Source: Pseudohongiella sp. (GTDB taxonomy: Bacteria; Pseudomonadota; Gammaproteobacteria; Pseudomonadales; Pseudohongiellaceae). From it: a DNA stretch of 40,000 bases. The position numbers and the translations under genes are program-made. The notes under the pieces were generated by a model, which was not told the origin of the DNA, ran no database searches, and saw only the letters and a program-made list of their open reading frames with translations. Below are positions 8,008 to 16,839 of the stretch, piece by piece (position 1 is the first letter of the stretch; each line of letters opens with the position of its first letter). Where the stretch lies: NCBI RefSeq assembly GCF_011050365.1, contig NZ_DRFV01000016.1:69549-109548 (forward strand), written 5' to 3'.

Positions 8008-8967
8008 ATGGCAGCTGACGCAAATGAAAAACGCAAACCAGGGCGACCGAAGGAAACTGCAGCCGCAGAGAAAATCGGCCCTGAATTCGTTACAGAGACC
8101 CCGAAGGACATGCAACAGGCCGAAGCTGCCTGGCACGGGGAGCAAATTGAGCATGATCGGAACCTGGTGGTGATAGACAAGCAATACGGCGACAGCTTGC
8201 CTTACGACATAACACGCCTGGAGAACGAGACAAGATTCTATTTGGGTCAAAGTGCAGAATCCATGGTACAGGCCGGCAAGAGGCTCGTAGTAATCAAAGA
8301 GCACGAAGGCCACGGTCAGTTTTTGTCCTCGCTTCAACGAATCGGGCTGGAACCTCGCACAGCCCAGCTAATGATGAAAGCTTCCATCAAGTTTGGCACG
8401 GCAAATGCGAAATCGATTACGCATTTGGGCAGCACAAAGCTTTTTGCACTTCTGACCCAAGATGATGAAGATCTGGAAGCCCTCAGTGATGGTGGCACGG
8501 TTGCTGGCCTGAAGCTGGATGATATCGAAAAGATGTCAGTGCGGGAGCTTAAGGCAGCGCTGAGAGCTGAGCGCGAACTGCGCGCAGAGGATGCCGACGT
8601 GAAAGAGCGCCTACTGGCAAGCAAGGAGCAAAAGGTCAACCTTCTCGAAAGGGAACTTGATGAGCGAAAGCTGCGAGTCAAGAAGTGGGACGGGGTGGTT
8701 TCTGAAATCACTTCTAACGTCACCATCATGGCTGGTGGTGCCATCCAGCAAATAAATCACCTGCGCACACAGATCGAACAAATCCAGGAAGAATCCAAAA
8801 AGTTCGATCTCTCAAAACAGGAGATGGAAGCGATCGTCAAACCATTCGCTGATCACATCTCGACTCTGGGCGAATATTTCCGCGAGCTAGAAGCTGAGTT
8901 CGGACTCAACCTCTCAGTCTATATGCCAGCGCATGGTGGCAACTTTATTGAGCACTCTGAGGACTAA
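8008..8967 (+). CDS. DUF3102-like early protein with C-terminal coiled coil
   Basis: ATG at 8008 with SD TAGGAGAGA. The track ORF from 7846 overlaps the previous gene and looks like a false extension. Motif AGKRLVVIKEHEGHGQFLSSLQRIGLEPRTAQLMM is typical of DUF3102 proteins of Mu-like phages and plasmids. Confidence 0.6.
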   Translation: MAADANEKRKPGRPKETAAAEKIGPEFVTETPKDMQQAEAAWHGEQIEHDRNLVVIDKQYGDSLPYDITRLENETRFYLGQSAESMVQAGKRLVVIKEHEGHGQFLSSLQRIGLEPRTAQLMMKASIKFGTANAKSITHLGSTKLFALLTQDDEDLEALSDGGTVAGLKLDDIEKMSVRELKAALRAERELRAEDADVKERLLASKEQKVNLLERELDERKLRVKKWDGVVSEITSNVTIMAGGAIQQINHLRTQIEQIQEESKKFDLSKQEMEAIVKPFADHISTLGEYFRELEAEFGLNLSVYMPAHGGNFIEHSED

Positions 8968-8971
8968 AGGC

Positions 8972-10744
8972 ATGAACCAGCTAGCCACAGATATCATTCG
9001 TCAGCTGGCCATGAGGCTCGACACCGCGCCTCATGGCAGCAAACGTGCTGAGGTTGAACAGGTAGCTGAGGCGCTTGGCTGGTCACCGCACAAGGTCTAC
9101 GAGCACCTCAAAAAAGTCGGCTGGAGCTCAGGTCGTAAAAAACGCTCTGATGCCGGCACAACGACTGTGAGTGACCAGATGCTAAGTGATCTGGCAGCGG
9201 TGGTTGTAACCTCCATCAGAGCCAATGGCAAAGTCATCATGGATGTGCCCAATGCCCGCAGCATGCTGCAGGCGAACGGCCGTGATTTCGAAGTCAGCAA
9301 CGGCCACTTGAACCGGCTGTTGCGCAAAAGGCAGATGAACGCGCCAGCGCTCAAGCGGGCAACGCCTCACGTTCAAATGAAGTCGCTGCACCCAAACCAT
9401 GTGCACCAGGTAGACCCCTCGTACTGCGTGCTGTACTACCTGCCTGGTAAAAAAGGGCAGGATGTCCAGCGCTTCGCCAGTGACGATGAGTTCTACAAAA
9501 ACAAACCTCAGAATATCGAGCGCAACGCCTCACTTCGGGTGTGGCGATATGTGCTGACCGATCACTACTCAGGGACAGTGCTGGTGCGCTACTACCAGAG
9601 CGCTGGCGAGACGCAAGCCAACCTGTGGGACTTCCTGTTGTGGTGCTGGGCGAAGATGGCTGGCAGGCCGATGCACGGTGTCCCGACGCTGTTGATTTGG
9701 GACAAAGGCAGTGCCAACACGTCCTCTGCGATCAAGAATGCGCTGACGGCGCTGGATGTCAAAGATATCCCTCACAAGGCACACAACGCCCGCGTTAAAG
9801 GTCAGGTTGAAGGTGGCAACAACCTGGTGGAGAAGCTCTTTGAGAGCCGTTTGCGATTCCAGCCGGTGCATAGCGTCGATGAGCTTAATGAAGCCGCTGA
9901 GCGCTGGTCGACCGCCTTCAACGCAAATGCCATACCGTATTTTGACAGCCGTCTGGCTCGCGATGGGATGGCCCAGCCGCTTGCCCGTTTTGCGCTGTGG
10001 CAGACCATCCGTAAAGAGCAACTTCGAATACTGCCCGATATCGCCTTGTGCCGCACTTTGCTGGCCTCAGCGCCGCAGTCACGAGTGGTCAGTCAGGCCA
10101 TGACAATCAGCTTTAAACACCCGCAGGCTGACAGATCGCTGACCTATGATCTGCGTGGTCTGCCTGCTGTCCACCCTGGTGCAAAAGTGGACGTGTGTCC
10201 GCTGGTCTTTGGCGATCGGCAGGTGAAGGTGATTGCTACCGATTACAAGGATGAGAAGCACAGCTTCAGTGTGTCGCCGGTCGAGTTCAATGATCTGTCT
10301 GGCTTCCGTGTGGACGCGCCGGTCTGGGGCGAGGAGTTCCAGTCGATGCCGGACAGCGTTCAGGACGCCAATCGCAAAGACGCCATCCGCAATGCTTATC
10401 CGGAAAAAACGGATGAGGAAATCGAAAAGCTCAGGCGCAAAAACGTGGCGCCGTTCGGTGGCCTTGATGCGCACAGCCATCTGGGCAACGTGTACAAGCC
10501 TTCCTACATGCCGCGCCTGGGCACGGATATCGAACTTCCCAACACCAACACGATGGAAACCAGGCCGCTGTCGATCATCGAAGCCTGCAAACGCATTCGC
10601 TCCACCCTGGGCAGATCACTCTCGCCCGAGGAGAACCAGATCATCAGAGACCGGTACCCAAGTGGTGTGCCAGTGGATGAGTACGACCAGCTCGTTGAGC
10701 TGATTAATGGACCGCCGGAGGCGAAACTGGCCCTGGTGAAATAA
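8972..10744 (+). CDS. Transposase, DDE (DD35E) retroviral-integrase superfamily; MuA functional analogue
   Basis: 590 aa from the ATG at 8972. N-terminal HTH region. Catalytic candidates are D in HQVDPSY, D in LIWDKGS and E in KGQVEGG; I counted exactly 35 residues between the second D and E. Confidence 0.85.
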   Translation: MNQLATDIIRQLAMRLDTAPHGSKRAEVEQVAEALGWSPHKVYEHLKKVGWSSGRKKRSDAGTTTVSDQMLSDLAAVVVTSIRANGKVIMDVPNARSMLQANGRDFEVSNGHLNRLLRKRQMNAPALKRATPHVQMKSLHPNHVHQVDPSYCVLYYLPGKKGQDVQRFASDDEFYKNKPQNIERNASLRVWRYVLTDHYSGTVLVRYYQSAGETQANLWDFLLWCWAKMAGRPMHGVPTLLIWDKGSANTSSAIKNALTALDVKDIPHKAHNARVKGQVEGGNNLVEKLFESRLRFQPVHSVDELNEAAERWSTAFNANAIPYFDSRLARDGMAQPLARFALWQTIRKEQLRILPDIALCRTLLASAPQSRVVSQAMTISFKHPQADRSLTYDLRGLPAVHPGAKVDVCPLVFGDRQVKVIATDYKDEKHSFSVSPVEFNDLSGFRVDAPVWGEEFQSMPDSVQDANRKDAIRNAYPEKTDEEIEKLRRKNVAPFGGLDAHSHLGNVYKPSYMPRLGTDIELPNTNTMETRPLSIIEACKRIRSTLGRSLSPEENQIIRDRYPSGVPVDEYDQLVELINGPPEAKLALVK

Positions 10745-10759
10745 CCCGCAACACTGACC

Positions 10760-11998
10760 ATGACGGAGAGAGCAATGGCAGCACCAAACACCGTTACACA
10801 CATCCCTGGCGCCACCCTGATGCTGAAACGCGTGATGTTTCGCCTCGGTGTTAGCCAGGTCCAACTGCACCGCGTAGTCGGGATCCCGACCAGCACGCTG
10901 TGCGAGATCATCAACCACAACAACTGGCCCACCAATCATGACCACCAGATGATTCGCCGAGCCACCGAGGAGCACATGCTCCAATGCGGCGCATTAACGC
11001 AGGACATCAAGACGCTGTGGCAGTTCGATGAGGATGACACGCCAGTGACTTACCACGGCCACCTGGTCCGCATGCGTAAAGCTAACCCAGTTGTCGACTC
11101 ATCGAAAAAAACTGCTTTTATCAACGAAGAATTACCGGAGAACGAGATGCTGAGCCAGAAAGCCAAACAGCTTTTTAAACTGTTCAATGATCCATTTATT
11201 GATGATGTGACATGCCCGGATGATGTCTTTATGTCGCCCGATCAGCAGTACGTTCGCGGGGCCATGTACCAGACTGCCAAGCGCGGCGGGTTCATCGCTG
11301 TTGTTGGCGAGAGTGGTGCAGGCAAAACCACTTTGCGCCGGGATCTGCTGGACCGGATCAACCGCGAGGATCCGAATATCCGGGTTGTGTTCCCCAGGAT
11401 TATCGACAAATCGCGCATCAATGCCAGCAGCATCTGTGATGCGATTCTCGCTGACATGGATGTACGGCCCAAGTCGTCGCTGGAAGCAAAAGCCAGGCAG
11501 ATCGAAGTGCTGCTGTCTGAATCAGCACGGGGCGGCAACGCTCACGTGATCATGATCGAAGAGGCACACGACGTGCCGATCCAGACGCTCAAATTTATGA
11601 AGCGGTTTTGGGAGCTGGAGGACGGCTTTAAGAAATTGATCAGTATCATCCTGGTCGGCCAGCCCGAGCTGAAAAACACCCTCAATGAACACATCCATCC
11701 GGAGATCCGCGAAGTGTCGCGCCGGTGCGAAATCATCGAGCTGCAGCCGCTCAACGGCAACCTGGAGAAATACCTGGAGCTGAAGTTCAAACGGGTCGGC
11801 CGCAGCCTGGCGGACATCTTCGAGAAAGATGCCTTTGATGCCATCCGGGCGCGCCTCAGCGTCCATAGGGGCACGAGTCGGGTGCCAGTCAACATGATGT
11901 ACCCGCTGATCGTGAACAACTGCGTGACCGCTGCCATGAACTCCTGCGCTGAGCTGGGTATGGCGAAAATCAATGCTGAACTGATCAAGGAATTGTAA
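10760..11998 (+). CDS. Transposition ATPase, MuB/TniB-like AAA+
   Basis: Walker A VVGESGAGKTTL and Walker B VIMIEEAHD, with an N-terminal HTH-like segment. It lies directly after the transposase. An alternative start at 10775 has the better SD (GGAG at 10765). Confidence 0.85.
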   Translation: MTERAMAAPNTVTHIPGATLMLKRVMFRLGVSQVQLHRVVGIPTSTLCEIINHNNWPTNHDHQMIRRATEEHMLQCGALTQDIKTLWQFDEDDTPVTYHGHLVRMRKANPVVDSSKKTAFINEELPENEMLSQKAKQLFKLFNDPFIDDVTCPDDVFMSPDQQYVRGAMYQTAKRGGFIAVVGESGAGKTTLRRDLLDRINREDPNIRVVFPRIIDKSRINASSICDAILADMDVRPKSSLEAKARQIEVLLSESARGGNAHVIMIEEAHDVPIQTLKFMKRFWELEDGFKKLISIILVGQPELKNTLNEHIHPEIREVSRRCEIIELQPLNGNLEKYLELKFKRVGRSLADIFEKDAFDAIRARLSVHRGTSRVPVNMMYPLIVNNCVTAAMNSCAELGMAKINAELIKEL

Positions 11999-12000
11999 CC

Positions 12001-12534
12001 ATGCAATCTCTCATGCAATCGCTGACGTTTGCCCAGTGGCTCGATCTGGCGGTGCTGCTGGTAACCGGCCTACTGGTCCTGTTTGGGTTCTGGCTGATGG
12101 CCGGGGCCCAGCAGGACGACTCGCAGCCAGACTTGCACTACCTGGCAGAGATAGATGATTTCCGGGGTAATGCGGCGGTCGAGCACTGGGCCAACGTGTT
12201 TGTGCTCAACAACGTACCCAGGCGCTTCGGCCTGAGTTTTGCGCAGTTCATGACCAACCCGCGCGGCTACCTGCAGGTGCTGTTCTTCTATCCCGCCAAG
12301 GATGTACCAGAAGTGCGGCCGCTGCTGCCGGCACAGGTCGTGGTGTATGAGCGGCTGCTGCGCGAGGAGCTGGAGGCGGAGGAGCTGCAGCAGCTGCAGG
12401 ACAGAGAACTCGCTGCCCTGGAGAGCCGGTACCAGACGATCAGCAACAGCGGTGGCCGCATCACCAGCTCCATGGCCACCCGCAAGCAGCCTCGCAAGTG
12501 GCAGACACGCGGCACCCACCTGAAACACGCCTGA
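12001..12534 (+). CDS. Membrane-anchored hypothetical early protein
   Basis: 177 aa with an N-terminal TM helix (WLDLAVLLVTGLLVLFGFWLMAG) and an E/L/Q-rich helical C-terminus. SD AAGGAA lies 8 nt upstream. Confidence 0.6.
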   Translation: MQSLMQSLTFAQWLDLAVLLVTGLLVLFGFWLMAGAQQDDSQPDLHYLAEIDDFRGNAAVEHWANVFVLNNVPRRFGLSFAQFMTNPRGYLQVLFFYPAKDVPEVRPLLPAQVVVYERLLREELEAEELQQLQDRELAALESRYQTISNSGGRITSSMATRKQPRKWQTRGTHLKHA

Positions 12535-12561
12535 CCCCATTTTCTACTGAGGAGCATGACC

Positions 12562-13176
12562 ATGCAAAACGCTATTCCCGAAGGCTACCGCAAAAATGCG
12601 CGCGGCGACCTGGTCAAAGAGTCTGGCATCAAACCGATAGACCTGGCGCGCGATGAGTTGACCATGGAGATCGTTGCCAAGGCCAGAAATGTCAGTCAAC
12701 TGCTGAGCACCGTGAAGGCGTCGATCTACGGCGACATCGAAGCATTCGTCGAGATGTCAGCCGAGCAGTACGGGGTCTCCCTGGGCGGCAAAAAAGGCAA
12801 TCTGACGCTGCTCTCGTTCGACGGCCGCTACAAAGTGCTACGCGCCAACGCTGACAATATCGTTTTCGATGAGCGTCTTTACGCCGCCAAGGAACTGATT
12901 GACGAGTGTCTGCGCGACTGGAGCAAGGACGCCCACCCAGGCCTGATGATGATGGTCAACGATGCTTTCCGCGCTGATCGCAATGGCGAACTTCGCACTG
13001 CTCGAGTGCTTGCCCTGCGCCGGCACAACATCGATGACCCACGCTGGAACCGGGCCATGGATGCGATCAGTGATGCCCTGCAGGTGGTCGGCTCGAAGAG
13101 TTACATTCGCGTCTATGAGCGGGTCGGTGAGACTGATCAGTACAAGCTGATCCCACTTGATATTGCGGGGGCTTGA
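12562..13176 (+). CDS. DUF3164-family protein (conserved in Mu-like phages)
   Basis: 204 aa from the ATG at 12562 (SD GAGGAG, 7 nt spacing). The sequence and its position after the B gene match my recollection of DUF3164 proteins. Confidence 0.65.
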   Translation: MQNAIPEGYRKNARGDLVKESGIKPIDLARDELTMEIVAKARNVSQLLSTVKASIYGDIEAFVEMSAEQYGVSLGGKKGNLTLLSFDGRYKVLRANADNIVFDERLYAAKELIDECLRDWSKDAHPGLMMMVNDAFRADRNGELRTARVLALRRHNIDDPRWNRAMDAISDALQVVGSKSYIRVYERVGETDQYKLIPLDIAGA

Positions 13177-13178
13177 GC

Positions 13179-13814
13179 ATGCCAGCGAGCAAAGATATGA
13201 ATCGTCCTTTACTACCTGTCATCGGACTGCGGCTTGGTTATGAGCGGGATAGGCTCGGGCTCACGCAGGTTCAGCTTGCTGAAGTTGCAGGAGTGAAGAT
13301 TCGAGCACAGCAAAACTACGAAGGTGGTAAACGCGCTCCTAACGCGGAATACATTCTCAGGCTACACGAGGCGGGTGTCGACATTCTTTTCGTACTGACG
13401 GGAAAGCGCACGCCCAAGGCCGCACCGGAGCTGCCACGGCTGCACTCGCACGACAAAACTATAAGCGCTACGACAGCAGAAGCGATTCTGAAGCTGATTA
13501 TCCCAGGAAAGCAGAAAGATGCCGACTGGTACCCAGGCACCGACATGCCGTTCGTCGTGTCCAACGTGGGCAACGCCCAGGACGGACTCAACATGGTGGT
13601 GTTTGTGTGCATCGACGCCTCGCTGCCAGAGCACGTTGTTGCCCGACCAGTGTTCCTGGAAGTGGCGAATGTCCAGCCTCCGGTCATGCTGCCTCGCAGC
13701 CGCTTCCGGTTCTCACCAGGTGATGCCGCTGTGGCGGCTATGGGTCTCAAGGATGCGGTCACCCGGGTAATCAAACTGCGCAACCAGCAGCAATCAACGT
13801 CACTGGACGCGTAG
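13179..13814 (+). CDS. Second XRE-type HTH protein with a unique C-terminal domain
   Basis: The HTH (IGLRLGYERDRLGLTQVQLAEVAGVKIRAQQNYEGGKRAPNAEYILRLHEAGVDILFVLTG) is clearly paralogous to the HTH of the repressor at 5799..6320. Confidence 0.7.
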   Translation: MPASKDMNRPLLPVIGLRLGYERDRLGLTQVQLAEVAGVKIRAQQNYEGGKRAPNAEYILRLHEAGVDILFVLTGKRTPKAAPELPRLHSHDKTISATTAEAILKLIIPGKQKDADWYPGTDMPFVVSNVGNAQDGLNMVVFVCIDASLPEHVVARPVFLEVANVQPPVMLPRSRFRFSPGDAAVAAMGLKDAVTRVIKLRNQQQSTSLDA

Positions 13815-13833
13815 CGTCCCCAGGAGAGAGATC

Positions 13834-14049
13834 ATGAGTGGCATTTCAACATGTGATAAGCAGGCGATCCTCGTTTCAAGATCGAACGGCATTTGTCTGT
13901 TTACTTACCCCAACTCTCGCGAGCTGGCGGACGGTGCGATCAATCGCGCCTGGTCGGAAATGACCGACGCAGAGTGTGCGGCCTGGCTGCGGGCACGGGC
14001 TGATGAAGTCGAGGCCGAGACAGCGACTGAAGAGGTGACCCATGGATAA
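13834..14049 (+). CDS. Hypothetical early protein
   Basis: 71-aa ORF with SD GGAGAGAG upstream, packed in the early operon. Confidence 0.55.
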   Translation: MSGISTCDKQAILVSRSNGICLFTYPNSRELADGAINRAWSEMTDAECAAWLRARADEVEAETATEEVTHG

Positions 14050-14188
14050 CGCAGACCAGCTGGGCAAACAGATCCTCAAGGCCGTCGCCTACCTCATTTT
14101 CGTGTTCCCGTTTGTCTGGGTATGGCGAAAGCTGACTGGATCCAAGGCCGGTACCGAGCGGCCGGACGACGATCAGGGGGAATCATGA
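14042..14188 (+). CDS. Small single-TM protein (48 aa), below the ORF-track size cut-off
   Basis: My translation: MDNADQLGKQILKAVAYLIFVFPFVWVWRKLTGSKAGTERPDDDQGES. Its start overlaps the previous stop by 8 nt, and its stop overlaps the next start (ATGA at 14185-14188). This fills an otherwise unexplained gap. Confidence 0.45.
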   Translation: MDNADQLGKQILKAVAYLIFVFPFVWVWRKLTGSKAGTERPDDDQGES

Positions 14189-14514
14189 GCATCGCCCAGG
14201 AAATAGCGCTCAAAAATCGTCGCCACGTGGGCTCACCTGGTGTTTCAGCATACGACATCGATGCGTTGGTTTCGGATGCGCGCGATCAATGCATCGGCGA
14301 GTGGCACTACGATGACGTCGGTGTCAGCGACTACAGCTTCATTGATGGTAGCACCCTGCAGATCTTCCACGTGGTGGTTACCGCCAGCGATGAATCGGAT
14401 CCTCAGGGCCCAGCCGAGGAACTGATCGGCATTCAATCTGCACCCAAGAAAGCCATCGGCCGGGTTGGTCTGCTCAAGTCACTCACCAATCTCATCAGAG
14501 GTGCCCGCGCATGA
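14185..14514 (+). CDS. Hypothetical early protein
   Basis: 109 aa from the ATG at 14185 (MSIAQEIALKNRR...), translationally coupled on both sides. Confidence 0.6.
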   Translation: MSIAQEIALKNRRHVGSPGVSAYDIDALVSDARDQCIGEWHYDDVGVSDYSFIDGSTLQIFHVVVTASDESDPQGPAEELIGIQSAPKKAIGRVGLLKSLTNLIRGARA

Positions 14515-14789
14515 GGATCTGCGTCAAAGACAGCAACGGCACCTACAACGCCAAGGTCGACGGCACAGACATCAAAGCCAGCTGCACGGCCAGCCCTGCG
14601 CAGGCAGCAGCACGAGCCGCCTGCAAGGCATTCAACCTGGCACATGATGAGGTGGAAGTCGCCATTTCAGGCGGCGATCGTGAGCTGACCTGGTATACAG
14701 CAAAACCGACAGGTACCGGTGCCAGGGCTCGGGCAAACATGAGCTTTGAGGAGCTTTTTGACGAGGTGATCTGTGGCAAATCCGCGTAG
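14511..14789 (+). CDS. Hypothetical early protein
   Basis: 92-aa ORF with an ATGA overlap to the upstream gene. Confidence 0.6.
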   Translation: MRICVKDSNGTYNAKVDGTDIKASCTASPAQAAARAACKAFNLAHDEVEVAISGGDRELTWYTAKPTGTGARARANMSFEELFDEVICGKSA

Positions 14790-15270
14790 CGACATCGCCA
14801 TGATCAAGGTTGCCATCAAGCAGCTGGGCATCGCTGACGATGATGGCAACGAGGCTGCTGGCGTGCTGAGCACATACCGCCAGATGCTGATGTCAGTCAC
14901 CGGCAAAACCAGCGTCAGCGCCGATGCGATGACCGACCGTGAGCGCGCCAAGGTGCTGCGCCACCTGCGACAGCAGGGCTTCGTACCCAAGAGCACGAAG
15001 AAGCGGCCACGGCGCGTTGAGCGGGCACCAGGCATGCTATCCCAGGGAGAGCTGGGACTGATACATGTCCTGTGGCGTGCCCTGGAAGACGCCGGCGAGA
15101 TCAAGAGCCCAGGCAAAGAATCGTTGTGCGCCTGGGTGGAAAACTTTACCACTCAATTCAATAGTGGTAGAGGATACAGCGCACCTGAGTTCCTGCCGCA
15201 GTATGCGGCCGGAAAGGTGATAGAGCAGCTCAAGCAGTGGTGCCGACGCTGCCACATTGAATGGGAATAA
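14773..15270 (+). CDS. Mu gp16 / GemA-like protein (DUF1018)
   Basis: The N-terminus (DIAMIKVAIKQLGIADDD...YRQMLMSVTGKTS...MTDRERAKVLRHLRQQG) follows the DUF1018 pattern. It sits immediately before Mor, as in Mu-like phages. Confidence 0.7.
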   Translation: MANPRSDIAMIKVAIKQLGIADDDGNEAAGVLSTYRQMLMSVTGKTSVSADAMTDRERAKVLRHLRQQGFVPKSTKKRPRRVERAPGMLSQGELGLIHVLWRALEDAGEIKSPGKESLCAWVENFTTQFNSGRGYSAPEFLPQYAAGKVIEQLKQWCRRCHIEWE

Positions 15271-15284
15271 TGGAGAGTTCCGCG

Positions 15285-15635
15285 ATGTCAGTTCCTGAGA
15301 TCCAACAGGATGACGACATACTGATCGACTTACATCAGATCGCCGCGAGGCTGATCTGCAGCGACGGCGTGCCGGCCGAGCGTGCAGACGAGCTGGCCGG
15401 CCGCATCGCCCAGGAGATCCGATCGGCTTGGGGTGGGCAACAGATATACATCAAGAAAACCGACCTGGTGGAGCTGTCAGCCAGGAATCTGGATATCTAC
15501 AACGAGTTCAATGGTACCAACCACCACCAGCTGGCCAAAAAGCACGGCCTGGCTGTGCCTGTCATCTACCGCATCATCAAATCCGTGAAGCAGCAGGAGC
15601 GCGACAAGCGCCAGCACAAGCTTTTTCAGGAATGA
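15285..15635 (+). CDS. mor: Mor-family transcriptional activator (middle/late switch)
   Basis: The C-terminal HTH region (RNLDIYNEFNGTNHHQLAKKHGLAVPVIYRIIK) is typical of Mor/C family proteins. The best start is the ATG at 15285 (SD GGAGAG, 7 nt spacing); the track start is 15261. Confidence 0.8.
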   Translation: MSVPEIQQDDDILIDLHQIAARLICSDGVPAERADELAGRIAQEIRSAWGGQQIYIKKTDLVELSARNLDIYNEFNGTNHHQLAKKHGLAVPVIYRIIKSVKQQERDKRQHKLFQE

Positions 15636-15648
15636 ATTGACCGAGACA

Positions 15649-16578
15649 TCAGGAGTCGAGCTGGTTAGTCGTCAGCGAGAGCCTCCTTACCTGGCTTAGA
15701 TGTTTACGGTATAAGGCATCATCATCACCATCCAGCACCAGTGATATTTGCTCTAAGTTGCCAGGGCTCAAAAATCGCATGCCTATAGCCACAATACCCT
15801 CAGCGCGCTCTATCTTCCTTTCAAAACCTTGACACCATTCTGACCAATCCCGCAGACTACGGTGCTCCATGGTATCGATATCCAACTCAAGCAGTTCACG
15901 AAATTTGGCCTGAAGGTCGAGCACGAGCAGGTCCCGCAGATCGTTCTTTGAGTATAGAATTTCAATACCGGAGAGGGCCCCAACAACCTCTTCGACAATA
16001 TGCTCTTCGCTTGCTTTTCCAGCTCCCATCACCGAGGCCGTATCTCTTTCTTCCATGGTTGCCTGTCTGACACGAATGAGCTCGTGCCTCTGATCACGTA
16101 CCATTTTGGACAACAATTTCGCCACAGCATTTGGGCACCCTTTGCTCGGCGTGATCAGCGCCTGTACATTGCGATAGACCGCTGATCCTCCCTCATTTAG
16201 AACTTTGTCTAGCGACTCGCTATGGCGCTCTTCTTGCGAGAGGAATGATCCAACAATCTCCCTGTTGAGTTGAGCAGTCCTATCCCTTTCAAACACCTTG
16301 GTAAGCTGGTCGAACTCCACACCGAAATTGATTTTCCCACAGACAGTGCCAATGTTTGTCACAAGTCCCGTCTGAGTCGATACGACGTAACCTTTGTTGT
16401 GTGGCGTATGGCAATGGGATAGGCCGCAATGCTGCTTACTTGCAAAGACATACCTACCAATTATGGCCTCCAGAGCGTTATCTGTTGCATTCAGATTGTC
16501 AGTAAAGCCTGGTAAGGACTCAATTTCGTCCCACGACTCTACTTCTACAAACCCTCGTTCTGTACTTATCGTGATCAT
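15649..16578 (-). CDS. Orphan 309-aa protein with an N-terminal Cys/His cluster and a helical C-terminal two-thirds
   Basis: Long clean ORF with SD GAGGT 6 nt before the ATG at 16578. Cluster: HCGLSHCHTPHNKG...GTVCGK. It is in opposite orientation to the flanking phage genes, is AT-richer, and has no family that I recognise. Confidence 0.75.
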   Translation of the reverse strand: MITISTERGFVEVESWDEIESLPGFTDNLNATDNALEAIIGRYVFASKQHCGLSHCHTPHNKGYVVSTQTGLVTNIGTVCGKINFGVEFDQLTKVFERDRTAQLNREIVGSFLSQEERHSESLDKVLNEGGSAVYRNVQALITPSKGCPNAVAKLLSKMVRDQRHELIRVRQATMEERDTASVMGAGKASEEHIVEEVVGALSGIEILYSKNDLRDLLVLDLQAKFRELLELDIDTMEHRSLRDWSEWCQGFERKIERAEGIVAIGMRFLSPGNLEQISLVLDGDDDALYRKHLSQVRRLSLTTNQLDS

Positions 16579-16670
16579 CAAATTACCTCTGTGAGCTGGC
16601 TAGCGTTAAGGAAGTGAAATGATGATAGCACCCGTTTAAAAAGGTCGCTGACGAACTTAGAAAATTTAGG

Positions 16671-16697
16671 TCAAAAAATACCCGGCCGGAGCCGGGT
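16671..16697 (-). terminator. Rho-independent terminator on the minus strand
   Basis: The minus strand reads ACCCGGC-TCCG-GCCGGGT followed by ATTTTTTGA (7-bp GC stem, 4-nt loop, T6 run). It lies ~95 nt upstream of the 309-aa gene start. Confidence 0.55.
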
Positions 16698-16839
16698 CAA
16701 TGCTACAGCGTGCTTCCTGCTGGCGAATTTTGCGCTTTCTCTAAGTTTTATAGCAGCTGTGTGCACTTTTTTCTGAACTTTACTTTACGGTCCAATTGGT
16801 ATGTAGTGCAGACCACATACCACAGTTTGGAGAGAGACG

